From Anaeromyxobacteraceae bacterium (GTDB lineage Bacteria > Myxococcota > Myxococcia > Myxococcales > Anaeromyxobacteraceae), in NCBI GenBank assembly GCA_032654565.1, contig JAULAX010000002.1:160001-224000 (forward strand): DNA of 64,000 bases. Direction: 5' to 3'. Below the pieces are notes generated by a model. That model saw nothing but the letters and a program-made list of their open reading frames with translations, searched no databases and had not been told where the DNA came from. Shown here piece by piece: positions 52,175 through 61,276 of the stretch (the first letter of the stretch is position 1; every line of letters begins with the position of its first letter). The position numbers were made by a program, and so were the translations under genes.

Positions 52175-52900
52175 GTGCGCCCTCCCCTCGCCACCGCCCC
52201 GCTGCTCCTCGGCCTGCTGCTCGGCGGCTGCGCCGACGAGCCGCTGCTCCACGACCTGGCCGAGCGCCAGGCCAACGAGGTGCTGGTGGCCCTCGACGAG
52301 GAGGGCGTGGCCGGCACCAAGGCCCGGCAGGAGGGAACCGAGGCGGCCTGGACCGTGGCGGTGGCGCGCGCCGAGGTGGGCAAGGCCCACCGGGTGCTGG
52401 CGGCCCGGCAGCTGCCGCGGGCCCGGCCGCAGGGACTGGGCGAGGTCTTCGGCCAGGGCGGCATGGTCCCCACGCCGGTCGAGGAGCGGGCGCGCTGGCT
52501 CCACGCCCTCTCCGGCGAGCTGGCCCGCAGTCTCGAGGCGCTCGACGGCGTCATCGAGGCCCGGGTCCACCTCGGCCTGCCGGCCGAGGACCCGCTCCAC
52601 CCCGGCGCCCGCCCGGCGCCCCGGGCGGCGGTGCTGGTCAAGTGCCGGCCGGCGGCCTGCGGGACGCTGCGCGACCTGGAGCCGGGGCTCCGGGCGCTGG
52701 TGGCCGGCTCGGCCGACGGGCTCTCGGCGGAGGCGGTGGCGGTGGTGATCGCCGAGGCGGCGCCGGTGCCGGCCGCGGCGCCGCTGGTCGGCCGGACCCG
52801 GCGATTCGCCCCCTGGCTGGCCGGCCTGGCGGCGCTGGCGGCCTGCGCCGTGGGGGCCCTGGCCTGGCGGGAGCGCCGCGGCCCCGGCGAGGCGGCGTGA
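52175..52900 (+). CDS. sctJ: Type III inner-membrane ring lipoprotein (YscJ/HrcJ)
   Basis: Lipobox LGGC; L.ERQANEV, F...GMVPTP.EE.AR, DGVIEARVHL; C-terminal TM. Confidence 0.9.
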   Translation: MRPPLATAPLLLGLLLGGCADEPLLHDLAERQANEVLVALDEEGVAGTKARQEGTEAAWTVAVARAEVGKAHRVLAARQLPRARPQGLGEVFGQGGMVPTPVEERARWLHALSGELARSLEALDGVIEARVHLGLPAEDPLHPGARPAPRAAVLVKCRPAACGTLRDLEPGLRALVAGSADGLSAEAVAVVIAEAAPVPAAAPLVGRTRRFAPWLAGLAALAACAVGALAWRERRGPGEAA

Positions 52901-53229
52901 CCGAGGCGCTGCACCGGCTGGTGGCGCTGGCCGCCGTGCTGGCCCCGGCGCGCGCGGTGCGCCTGCTCGGCCGGCTCCAGGACCCGGAGGGGGCCGAGGC
53001 GGTGCGGCGGGTCGGGGCGCTGGCCCTGGCGCCCCGGCGAGCCCGGCTGGCGGCGCTGGCGTCGGCGCTCCCCGGCGCCGGATCGGCGTCACCGACCCTC
53101 CCCGCCTCCCCGGGCACCCTGCCCGACCACCCGCTGGCCCGGCGGCTGGAGGTGGAGCGGCGCAGCCGTGCGACCGCGGGGCGGACCCTGGTCCGCGGCG
53201 CGACCGCTCCCGCCCCCCGCCCCACCTGA
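52897..53229 (+). CDS. Small helical protein at the SctK/OrgA position
   Basis: GTGA overlap with sctJ; position only. Confidence 0.45.
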   Translation: MTEALHRLVALAAVLAPARAVRLLGRLQDPEGAEAVRRVGALALAPRRARLAALASALPGAGSASPTLPASPGTLPDHPLARRLEVERRSRATAGRTLVRGATAPAPRPT

Positions 53230-53276
53230 GATCGCGGGTGGTTCCGAGCGGCACGGGGCGTGAAGTCTCCGAGACC

Positions 53277-54260
53277 ATGGCGCTCCCCTTCGACCTCCCC
53301 TCCATCTCCCGCGGCTTCGCCGCGCTCGACCGGGGCGCCCGGGCCACCGGCGCCGAGGCGGCCGCGGCGGCGGCCCGCGCCCTGGCCGAGGTGCTCGGCG
53401 TCGAGGTGACGCTGACCGGCTCGGCCCGTCCGGTGGCCGCCGGGCCGGCCCGCCCGGCCGTCCGCCTGGCCATCGAGCTGGCGGCGCTGCCCGGCTCGGC
53501 CCTGCTCGAGGTGGACCCGTCGCTGGTGGTCCGGCTGGTGGGGCTGGTCTCGGGCGGCGGCGAGTCGCTGGCCGGCGCCACGTCGCTGACCCCGCTCGAG
53601 GAGTCGGCGCTCGAGCTGCTGGTGCTGGCCGCCATCGACGGCGCCGCCGAGCTCGACGCCGTCACCGATCGGCTGGCCCCTCGCCTGGCCCGCGCCGCGC
53701 CGCCACCTCGGTCGCCGCTGGCCATCGATCTCGAGGTGTGCGCCGGCGGGGTTCGTGGCCGCGCCAGGCTGCTCCTCCCGCCCGCGGCGGTGGAGGCGCT
53801 GGCCACGCCGCCCGAGCTGGCCGAGCCGCTGCTGGCCTTCCCCCTCTTCGCCTCGCTCCGGGGCGGCTCCGCGCCGCTGCAGCCCGGGGAGCTGCGGGCC
53901 CTGGCCCCCGGCGACGTGGTGCTGGCCGACCCCCCGGCCGACGGGCGCCACCGCCTCGCCTTCCCCGGCGGCTTCACCGCCGTCGGCACCCTGACCGACG
54001 GCTCATTCCTCGTGGAGGAGACGATGATGGAGACACCCCTGGCGCAGGTCCCGGTCCTGCTCGAGGTGGAGCTGGCGCGGGTCCCGCTGACACTCAGCGA
54101 CCTCGCCCGCCTCACCCCGGGCGCCACGCTGCCCGTCCAGCTCGACCGGCGCGGGCTGGTGACGCTGCGGATCGGCGAGCGGCCGATCGGCCGCGGCGAG
54201 CTGGTGGAGATCGACGGCGCGGTCGGCGTGCGGGTGCTCTCGCTGGAGGTGCTGCCGTGA
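53277..54260 (+). CDS. sctQ: Type III C-ring / sorting-platform protein (FliM/FliN-like SPOA domains)
   Basis: L.PGDVV; VPV.LEVELAR..L...DL..L.PG; IGRGELVEIDG.VGVRV. Confidence 0.85.
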   Translation: MALPFDLPSISRGFAALDRGARATGAEAAAAAARALAEVLGVEVTLTGSARPVAAGPARPAVRLAIELAALPGSALLEVDPSLVVRLVGLVSGGGESLAGATSLTPLEESALELLVLAAIDGAAELDAVTDRLAPRLARAAPPPRSPLAIDLEVCAGGVRGRARLLLPPAAVEALATPPELAEPLLAFPLFASLRGGSAPLQPGELRALAPGDVVLADPPADGRHRLAFPGGFTAVGTLTDGSFLVEETMMETPLAQVPVLLEVELARVPLTLSDLARLTPGATLPVQLDRRGLVTLRIGERPIGRGELVEIDGAVGVRVLSLEVLP

Positions 54261-54601
54261 TCACGCTCCCCTTCGGCGCCCGCGGCCCGGCGCTGGCCCT
54301 GGTCGCGGTCGGCCTCCTCGGGGGCGCCGCGCTGGCGCTCCTCCCCGGCGAGGCGGGGGTGGTGGCCGCCCGCGCCGGGCTGCTGGTGCTCGCGCTCGGC
54401 GCCGGGGTGGTGCTCCTGCGCCGCCGGGCGGCCGGGGACCCGCCGCCGCGGCTCCGGGTGGTGGCCCGGGCGGCGCTGGCCCGCGACGCCGCCGCGGTGC
54501 TGGTGGAGCTGGATGGCCGGCCCATGCTGCTGGGGGTGGGGCGCGACGGCGTCCGGCTGCTGATGGAGACCGGGTGGATGGGACCGGAGGCGGAGCCGTG
54601 A
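54257..54601 (+). CDS. fliO: FliO-like membrane protein
   Basis: TM segments, then LRVVAR..L...VLVELDGR.MLLGVG...V.LL; between the FliN-like and FliP-like genes. Confidence 0.65.
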   Translation: MITLPFGARGPALALVAVGLLGGAALALLPGEAGVVAARAGLLVLALGAGVVLLRRRAAGDPPPRLRVVARAALARDAAAVLVELDGRPMLLGVGRDGVRLLMETGWMGPEAEP

Positions 54602-55275
54602 TCGCCGAGCTGCCGGTCGCCGGCCCGCTGGCCGCCCGCCCCGCCGACTGGCTGCTGCTGCTCGGCCTCACCGCGCTGGCGCCGGTGCTGCTGGTCACCC
54701 TCACCTCCTTCCTGAAGATCTCGGTGGTGCTCTCGGTGCTCCGCTCGGCGCTGGGCGCGCCGCAGGTCCCGCCCACCACCGCGGTCACCGGGCTGGCGCT
54801 GGTCCTGACCCTGGCGGTGATGGCGCCGGTGGGCGAGGCCGCCTGGGCGGCGGCGCGGATCGTCCCCCCGGGCGGAGAGGCCGGGGCCCTGGCCTCCGGG
54901 GCCCGGGCCCTGGTCCCGGTGAAGGGCTTCCTGGCCCGCTTCGCCCGCGCCGACGACCGCGCGGTCTTCCTCGACCTGGCCCGCCGGCTGCGGCCCGGGG
55001 CGGTGGAGGTGGACGGCGACGACCTGGCCGTGCTGGCCCCGGCCTTCATGGTCTCCGAGCTGCGCCGCGCCTTCACCATCGGCTTCCTGGTCTTCCTCCC
55101 CTTCCTGGTGGTCGACCTGGTGGTCGCCAACGTCCTGCTGGCGCTGGGGCTGACCCAGCTCTCGCCCACCGCGGTCTCGCTGCCGCTCAAGCTCCTCCTG
55201 CTGGTGGCGGTCGATGGCTGGCGGCTGCTGGCGCGCGGGCTGGCCCTGGCCTACGCCCCCGGGAGCCTCCCGTGA
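54598..55275 (+). CDS. sctR: Export gate protein SctR/FliP
   Basis: TSF.KISVVLS.LR.ALG..QVPP; PAF.VSEL..AF.IGF..FLPF.VVDLVVA; SLPLK...DGW. Confidence 0.92.
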   Translation: MIAELPVAGPLAARPADWLLLLGLTALAPVLLVTLTSFLKISVVLSVLRSALGAPQVPPTTAVTGLALVLTLAVMAPVGEAAWAAARIVPPGGEAGALASGARALVPVKGFLARFARADDRAVFLDLARRLRPGAVEVDGDDLAVLAPAFMVSELRRAFTIGFLVFLPFLVVDLVVANVLLALGLTQLSPTAVSLPLKLLLLVAVDGWRLLARGLALAYAPGSLP

Positions 55276-55538
55276 CCGGCACCGTGCTGCACCTCGGTCG
55301 CGAGGCGCTGCTGCTGGCGCTGCTGGTCTCGGCGCCGCCGCTCTGCGCCGCCCTGGTGGTCGGGCTCCTCACCGGGGTGCTGCAGGCGGCCACCCAGCTG
55401 CAGGAGCACGCCCTCGGCGCCGTCCCGCGCATCGCCGCGGTGATCGCGGCGCTGCTGGTGACCGGCCCGTGGATGGGGGCGCGGCTGGCCCGCTTCGCCG
55501 CCGAGGTGCTGGCGCTGGCGGCCGGAGGCGTGCCGTGA
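55272..55538 (+). CDS. sctS: Export gate protein SctS/FliQ
   Basis: LVVGL..GVLQAATQLQE..L..VPR; GPWM. Confidence 0.9.
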   Translation: MTGTVLHLGREALLLALLVSAPPLCAALVVGLLTGVLQAATQLQEHALGAVPRIAAVIAALLVTGPWMGARLARFAAEVLALAAGGVP

Positions 55539-56323
55539 GCGGCTGGCCCCCCGACGCCGGCGCGCTCCACGGGCCGCTGCTCCACGCCCTCCGGCTGCTG
55601 CCGGTGGCGATCCTCTCGCCGTTCCTCGGCGGCCCGCTGGTCCCGGCGCCGCTCCGGCTGCTGCTGGGGATCGGGCTGGGGACGGTGGCCTGGGCGCTGG
55701 GCGGCGCGCGGCCGGTGGCCGCCCCGGGGCTGGAGCTGGCGGCGCTGGGGCTGCGGGAGCTGGCGCTGGGCGCCGGGCTGGCGGTGGTGATGGCCGCCCC
55801 GCTGGAGGCGGCGCGGGCCGCCGGGCGGCTGGCCGACACCGCCCGGGGCGCCACCCTGGCGGAGCTGCACGTGGCGCCGCTGCGCCAGCGCGAGACCGCG
55901 CTCGGTGACCTGCTGGTGCAGCAGCTGGTGGTGCTGGCCGCGGTGGGCGGCGGACTCCAGCTGGTCCTGCGCGGTCTCCTCCTCTCCTTCGTCGCCCTCC
56001 CCGTCGGCGCCCCCTTCGCCGCCCTGCCGGTGGCCGAGCTGGCGCTGCGGGCCTCCTCGCTGGTGCTGGCCACGGCGGTGGCGGTGGCGGCCCCGGCGGT
56101 GGCCGGCGTCCTCGCCGCCGAGCTGGCGGTGGCGGCGGTGGTGCGGGTCGCCCCCGGGCTCCAGCTGCCCGAGCTGACGCAGCCGGCGCGCGCCTCGCTG
56201 GGGTTGCTGGCCATGGCGCTGGCCGCCTCGGCCGGCGCCGGCCGGCTGGTGGCGCTGCTGGCCCAGGCCGCCGACGTCCAGGCGCTGTTCGCCGCGCTGG
56301 CCCGGCCGGGCGTGACGCCATGA
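55535..56323 (+). CDS. sctT: Export gate protein SctT/FliR (divergent)
   Basis: R...P.LGG..VP...R; RELALG; AG.LAD..RG; SF..LPVG; R.AP.L; gene order R-S-T-U. Confidence 0.8.
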   Translation: MSGWPPDAGALHGPLLHALRLLPVAILSPFLGGPLVPAPLRLLLGIGLGTVAWALGGARPVAAPGLELAALGLRELALGAGLAVVMAAPLEAARAAGRLADTARGATLAELHVAPLRQRETALGDLLVQQLVVLAAVGGGLQLVLRGLLLSFVALPVGAPFAALPVAELALRASSLVLATAVAVAAPAVAGVLAAELAVAAVVRVAPGLQLPELTQPARASLGLLAMALAASAGAGRLVALLAQAADVQALFAALARPGVTP

Positions 56324-57354
56324 GCGGGGAGCGGACCGAGCGCCCGTCACCGAAGCGGCTGGCCCAGGCCCGGCGCCAGGGCGAGGTGGCGGTCTCGCGC
56401 GAGCTCTCCGGCGCCGTCTCGCTGCTGGCCGGCCTGGCGGCGCTGGCGGCCTGCGGCCCCTGGTGGTTCTCGGCCCTGGCCGCCGAGGTGCGGGGCGGGC
56501 TGCAGGCGGCGGTCGCGGCCGAGCGGGTCCCCGGCGGCGCGCTGGCCTCGGCGGCGCTGGCGGTGGTCCGCCTCTCGGCCTTCCCGGCCCTGGCCGCGCT
56601 CGCGGCGGCGCTGGCGGCCGGGGCGCTCCAGAGCGGCGGGCTCTGCACCCTCCGCCCGCTGGCGCCGAAGCTGGAGCGGATCGATCCCTTCCGCGGGCTG
56701 GCCCGGCTCTGCTCGGCGGCCCGGCTCGCGGCCCTCGGGCTGGGGCTGCTCAAGGCGGCGCTGGTGATCGCGGCCGCCCTCCATGGCTGGCGCGCCACCG
56801 CCGCCACGCTGGCCCAGCTGCCGCGGGCCACGGCGACCGGCGCGGCGCTGGCCGCCCTGCTCTGGCCGCTGGCCTGGCGGCTGGCGGGCCTGCTGCTGCT
56901 GCTCGGCGGCGCCGACTGGCTGCTGGTCCGCCGTCGCCACCTGCGGCAGCTGCGGATGTCCCGCGACGAGCTCCGGCGCGAGGCCCGCGAGGACGACGGC
57001 GACCCGGCCCACCGGGCGGAGCGGCGGCGCCTCCACCGGGCCCTGGCCGAGGCGCCGCCGGTGGCCCGCGCCACCTGCCTGGTGGTCAACCCCACCCACG
57101 TGGCCGTGGCCCTCCTCCACCGGCGCGGCTCGGACGAGGCGCCGCGGGTGCTGGCCAAGGGGTCCGGGAGCGCCGCCGCTCGGCTCCGCTCCCAGGCGCG
57201 GCGGGCCGGCGTGCCCATCGTCCGCGATCCGCCCCTGGCGCGGGCGCTCCACCGGCTGGCCGAGGTGGGCGACGAGATCCCCGAGGAGCTCTACGACGCC
57301 GCCGCCGCGGCGCTCGCCCACCTGCACGGAACCCCGCCGCCGGAGGCCACGTGA
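56320..57354 (+). CDS. sctU: Export switch protein SctU/FlhB
   Basis: ERTERPS.KRL..AR..G.V..S.EL; LRMS.DE...E...DGDP; NPTH autocleavage motif. Confidence 0.93.
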   Translation: MSGERTERPSPKRLAQARRQGEVAVSRELSGAVSLLAGLAALAACGPWWFSALAAEVRGGLQAAVAAERVPGGALASAALAVVRLSAFPALAALAAALAAGALQSGGLCTLRPLAPKLERIDPFRGLARLCSAARLAALGLGLLKAALVIAAALHGWRATAATLAQLPRATATGAALAALLWPLAWRLAGLLLLLGGADWLLVRRRHLRQLRMSRDELRREAREDDGDPAHRAERRRLHRALAEAPPVARATCLVVNPTHVAVALLHRRGSDEAPRVLAKGSGSAAARLRSQARRAGVPIVRDPPLARALHRLAEVGDEIPEELYDAAAAALAHLHGTPPPEAT

Positions 57355-59405
57355 CCTGGCTCCACCCCCTGCTCTCCCGCCTGCGCGGCGCCGGCGACGC
57401 CGGCTTCGCCCTGGCCGTGCTCGCCCTGGTGGTGCTGCTGGTGGCGCCGGTGCCGCCCGCCCTGCTCGACGCCGGGCTGGCCTTCTCGCTGGCGCTGGCC
57501 GCCACCGTGCTGGTGGTGACGCTGCTGGCCCGCGACGCCCTGGCCTTCGCCAGCTTCCCCTCGCTGCTGCTCCTCACCACCCTGCTCCGGCTCGCCCTCT
57601 CGGTCTCCTCGACCCGCCTCGTGTTGACCCGGGGTGAAGCGGGGCGGGTCATCGAGGCCTTCGGCCGCGTGGTGGTGCAGGGGAGCCCGGTGGCCGGGGC
57701 GGTGGTCTTCGCCATCCTCACCCTGGTCCAGCTGCTGGTGGTGGCCAAGGGGGCGGAGCGGGTGGCCGAGGTGGCGGCGCGCTTCACCCTCGACGCCCTC
57801 CCCGGCAAGCAGATGGCCATCGACGCCGACCTGCGGGCCGGCCTGCTCGACGGCGCCGGGGCGGCGCGGCGCCGGCGGGCCCTGGAGCGGGAGAGCCAGC
57901 TCTACGGCGCCATGGACGGGGCCCTCAAGTTCGTGAAGGGCGACGCCGTCGCCGGCGTGGCCATCGTGCTGGTCAACGCCGTGGGCGGGCTGGTGGCGCT
58001 CTCGCTCCGCGGCCGGCCGCTGGGCGCGGCGGCCGAGCGGGCGGTGCTGCTGGCGGTCGGCGACGGCCTCACCGCCCAGCTCCCGGCGCTGCTGGTGGCG
58101 GTGGCCGCCGGGGTGGCGGTGACGCGGGTGGCCTCGGCGGAGGACGGCCAGCGGCTCGGCAGCGAGGTGGGGCGGCAGCTCTTCGGCGAGCCCCGGGCGC
58201 TGGCGGCGGTGGCGCTGCTGCTCGGCGCCATCGGCGTGGCGCCCGGGCTGCCGGCGGCGCCGTTCCTGCTGCTCTCGGCCGGGGCCGGGGCGCTGGCCTG
58301 GCGCGGGCTGCGGCGCGCCCCGGAGGCGGCCGGGCTCGAGGCGGGGGAGGGATCGACCGAGCCGGCCGGCGGCCCGGCGGGACCGGGCGACGGCCCGCTC
58401 CGCGACGAGGACGCCGGCGCCGTGGTGCTGGAGCTGGCCGAGGACCTCCTCGAGCTGGACAGCGCCGACGGCGGCGCCTTCGTGGGGGAGCTGGTGCCGG
58501 CGCTGCGCGAGCGGCTCTGGCGCGAGCTCGGCGTGGTGGCCCCGCCGCTCCTGGTCCGGCAGGCGCCGCTGGAGCCGGGCCGCTGGGCCCTGCTCATCCA
58601 CGGGGTCCCGGCCGCCGGGGGGCGGGTGGCGCTCCACGAGCGGCTCTCGCTGGCCCCGCTCGACGACCTGGCGCTGGCCGGGATCTCGCTGCGGCCGGAG
58701 CTGGAGCCGGCCAGCGGTCGGCGCGCCGCCGTGGTGTCGGACCTGGACTCGGCGCGGGCCCTGGCGCTGGGGCCGGTGCTGGGCTCCCTGGAGCGGGTCG
58801 CCGCCGCCTGCGCCGCCGAGCTGGAGCGGAGCGCCGGCCTGCTGGTGGGCGTCCAGGAAGCCCAGGCGCTGCTCGACCGGCTCGAGCCGCACGCCCCGGC
58901 GCTGGTGCGCGAGGTGTCACGCCAGGTGGCCCCGGCCCTGCTGGCCGAGGTGCTGCGCCGGCTGCTCGAGGAGGGGGTGTCGATCCGCCCGCTGCGGACC
59001 ATCCTCGAGGCGCTGCTGGAGGCGGGCGGCGGGCCGCGCGGCGCGGCGGCGCTGGCGGCAGCGGCCCGACGGTCCCTGCGGCGCCAGATCGGCCACCGGG
59101 CCGGCGGCGGCCGGGCCCTCCCGGCGCTGCTGCTGGATCCGGTCGCCGAGCAGAGCGTCCGGGAGTCGCTGCTCGGGGAGTGGCCGGCGCTCGAGCCGGC
59201 GCGGGCCGCGCTCCTCCTCGAGGCGCTGGAGCGGGCGCTCCTGGCGGCGGGCGGGACCCCGGTGCTGCTGGCCAGCGGCGACGTGCGGCGGGCGGTCCGG
59301 CTGCTGGTGGCCCCCCGCTGGCCGCGGCTGCAGGTGCTCAGCTACGACGAGCTGCCCCCGGAGCAGGCCATCCTGCCGGTGGGGCGGCTCGAGCTGGCGG
59401 CGTGA
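57351..59405 (+). CDS. sctV: Major export apparatus protein SctV/FlhA
   Basis: FPSLLL.TTL.RL; KGAERVAEVAARFTLDALPGKQMAIDADL; YGAMDGA.KFVKGDA; LL.EGVSIR; VLSYDEL. Confidence 0.94.
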   Translation: MTWLHPLLSRLRGAGDAGFALAVLALVVLLVAPVPPALLDAGLAFSLALAATVLVVTLLARDALAFASFPSLLLLTTLLRLALSVSSTRLVLTRGEAGRVIEAFGRVVVQGSPVAGAVVFAILTLVQLLVVAKGAERVAEVAARFTLDALPGKQMAIDADLRAGLLDGAGAARRRRALERESQLYGAMDGALKFVKGDAVAGVAIVLVNAVGGLVALSLRGRPLGAAAERAVLLAVGDGLTAQLPALLVAVAAGVAVTRVASAEDGQRLGSEVGRQLFGEPRALAAVALLLGAIGVAPGLPAAPFLLLSAGAGALAWRGLRRAPEAAGLEAGEGSTEPAGGPAGPGDGPLRDEDAGAVVLELAEDLLELDSADGGAFVGELVPALRERLWRELGVVAPPLLVRQAPLEPGRWALLIHGVPAAGGRVALHERLSLAPLDDLALAGISLRPELEPASGRRAAVVSDLDSARALALGPVLGSLERVAAACAAELERSAGLLVGVQEAQALLDRLEPHAPALVREVSRQVAPALLAEVLRRLLEEGVSIRPLRTILEALLEAGGGPRGAAALAAAARRSLRRQIGHRAGGGRALPALLLDPVAEQSVRESLLGEWPALEPARAALLLEALERALLAAGGTPVLLASGDVRRAVRLLVAPRWPRLQVLSYDELPPEQAILPVGRLELAA

Positions 59406-59446
59406 CCGGGACCGCGGGGGCCGCGGTCACATCGCCCCCAGACGAC

Positions 59447-59472
59447 AAAAGCGCCCGTGGCTCCGGGCGCTT
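59447..59472 (-). terminator. Intrinsic terminator of ihfB (may also act on the convergent sct operon)
   Basis: AAGCGCCCG-TGGCTC-CGGGCGCTT stem; short T-tract on the minus strand. Confidence 0.6.
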
Positions 59473-59501
59473 CGGGGACGGCGGGAGGTGCGGCGCCTCG
59501 G

Positions 59502-59822
59502 CTACGCCCCGGGCGTGGGCGAGCCGGAGCCGCCGCTCGGCTCCTCGCCGAGGTTGACCCGGTCGCGCAGCTCCTTGCCGGTCCGGAAGAGGATGCCGCG
59601 CTTCGGCTTGACCGGGATGACCTCGCCGGTCTTGGGGTTGCGCCCCTGGTACCCCTCGTAGTGCTTCACGTGGAAGGCGCCAAGTCCGCGGATTTCGATG
59701 TTCTCACCGCGGCAGAGGGCGTCCTTCATCGAGTCGAAGATGGTCTCGATGGTGGACTCCGCCTGCTTCTGGGTCACACCGCGCTTCACCACGAGGATGT
59801 TGATGAGATCCGACTTCAGCAT
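59502..59822 (-). CDS. ihfB: Integration host factor beta / HU-family protein
   Basis: KSDLI, IEIRGLGAF, GRNPKTGE, GKELRDRVN. Confidence 0.85.
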   Translation of the reverse strand: MLKSDLINILVVKRGVTQKQAESTIETIFDSMKDALCRGENIEIRGLGAFHVKHYEGYQGRNPKTGEVIPVKPKRGILFRTGKELRDRVNLGEEPSGGSGSPTPGA

Positions 59823-59873
59823 CGGCGCTCCGCGTTGACGGCCCCTCACTGGAGACCGCTTTAGGGTGAAGGG

Positions 59874-59902
59874 AGACTAGCCGAAGGTTCCGAAATCGGC
59901 AA
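59874..59902 (-). promoter_or_regulatory. Sigma70 promoter candidate for ihfB
   Basis: TTGCCG-N17-TAGTCT on the minus strand. Confidence 0.55.
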
Positions 59903-59962
59903 GGGTTCCACGGGCATAACGCATCGGGGTCGACTGACCCCCCCGAAAGGCCGCGATCGGGC

Positions 59963-61264
59963 TCACGCCGGCCCCGGCTCCGGCTGCGGCGGCTGGTCCT
60001 GACCGGCCCCGGCCGGACGCGCCTCGGCGAGGTCGCAGAGCTGCTTCAGCGTGGTGCGCTGCAGCCACTTCGCCCCCTCCTCCTCGACCTCGGCCAGCGT
60101 CCGCTCCACCACGTCGAGCGCCGCCGAGGCCCGGGTCGGGGCCCGGCCGATCACCGCACGGCGCACGTCGAGGAGCGTGATCAGCTCCTCGGGCCGGCCC
60201 GGGACCAGCCCCCCGCCCTCGAGCGGCTTGAGCAGGGCGGCGGCCCGGAGCGCCTCGACCACCTCGGCCACGTCGCCATGGAGGACGCGGAGTGAACGGG
60301 CCAGCGCCCCCTCGTCGGGCGCCAGGCCGCCCGGACGCCGGTGCTCCAGCGCCACGGCGAGGAGCACCTCCCCGGCCAGCGTCTCGCGGGTGGTCGGGTG
60401 ATCGGCCAGCAGCCCGCCGCGCCAGAGCGCCGGGGCGAACTGCACCACGTAGGCGACGCGGGCGCCGGCCAGCAGGATGGCCCAGGAGACGAAGAGCCAG
60501 AGCAGGAAGGTGGGGAGGACCGCCACCGACCCGTAGATGGCGCTGTAGTTGAAGAAGCGCCGGACCGCCTCGGCGTAGCCCCACTTGGCCGCCTCCCAGG
60601 TCAGGCCGGCCACCAGCCCGGCGCTGACCGCGGCGTTGAGCCGGACCCGGGTGTGAGGCACCAGCCCGTAGATGACGGTGAAGACCGCGCAGGTGAGCAG
60701 CACGCTGCCGAGCGCGGCCAGCGAGCCGAAGCCGGTGCCGGCCAGCCAGGCGCGGGCCCCCACCCCCAGCGCCAGCGAGCCGGCCAGCAGCACCGGCCCC
60801 AGCGTCAACCCCACCCAGTAGATGACCGCCTGCCGGCCGAGGGACCGGCGGCGGCTGATCCCCCACTGGTCGTTGATGGCCCGCTCGACGTTGGAGAAGA
60901 GAGAGACCGCCGACCAGGCCAGCAAGGCGCCGCCGACCAGCCCCGCCGACGCGGCGTGGGCGTTGCTGGTGAAGCGGGTCAGGTAGGGCTCGAGCGTGGC
61001 CCGGGCGCCGACCGCCAGGTTGTCGAGGATGAAGGCGTTGAGCTGGGCGGCGATCCGATCCATGCCGGTGGCCGCCTGCACCACCGAGAAGATCACCACC
61101 AGCGCCGGGACCACGGCGAAGATGGAGAGGTAGGTGAGCGCCATGGCCCGCAGGCGGATGGACTCGCCGTCGAAGGCGCGGGTCACCGCCTCCACCGTGG
61201 CGCGCCAGAGCCGGCGGGCTCGATCGCCCAGCTGCTCCAGCGCCGCCCCGCCCTCGCCGGTCAT
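59963..61264 (-). CDS. YihY/BrkB-family membrane protein with C-terminal winged-helix
   Basis: A.ALTY.S..AVVP, IN..WG, Y..IYGS.A.LP.FLLW...SW...L.GA; P...ITLLDV. Confidence 0.88.
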   Translation of the reverse strand: MTGEGGAALEQLGDRARRLWRATVEAVTRAFDGESIRLRAMALTYLSIFAVVPALVVIFSVVQAATGMDRIAAQLNAFILDNLAVGARATLEPYLTRFTSNAHAASAGLVGGALLAWSAVSLFSNVERAINDQWGISRRRSLGRQAVIYWVGLTLGPVLLAGSLALGVGARAWLAGTGFGSLAALGSVLLTCAVFTVIYGLVPHTRVRLNAAVSAGLVAGLTWEAAKWGYAEAVRRFFNYSAIYGSVAVLPTFLLWLFVSWAILLAGARVAYVVQFAPALWRGGLLADHPTTRETLAGEVLLAVALEHRRPGGLAPDEGALARSLRVLHGDVAEVVEALRAAALLKPLEGGGLVPGRPEELITLLDVRRAVIGRAPTRASAALDVVERTLAEVEEEGAKWLQRTTLKQLCDLAEARPAGAGQDQPPQPEPGPA

Positions 61265-61276
61265 GGCGCCCTCGGG

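Noticed and set aside
51315..59405. Ordinary flagellar fli/flh operon
   Set aside because: It has a short SctJ lipoprotein rather than FliF, and no FliG, FliE, rod, hook or FlhF genes
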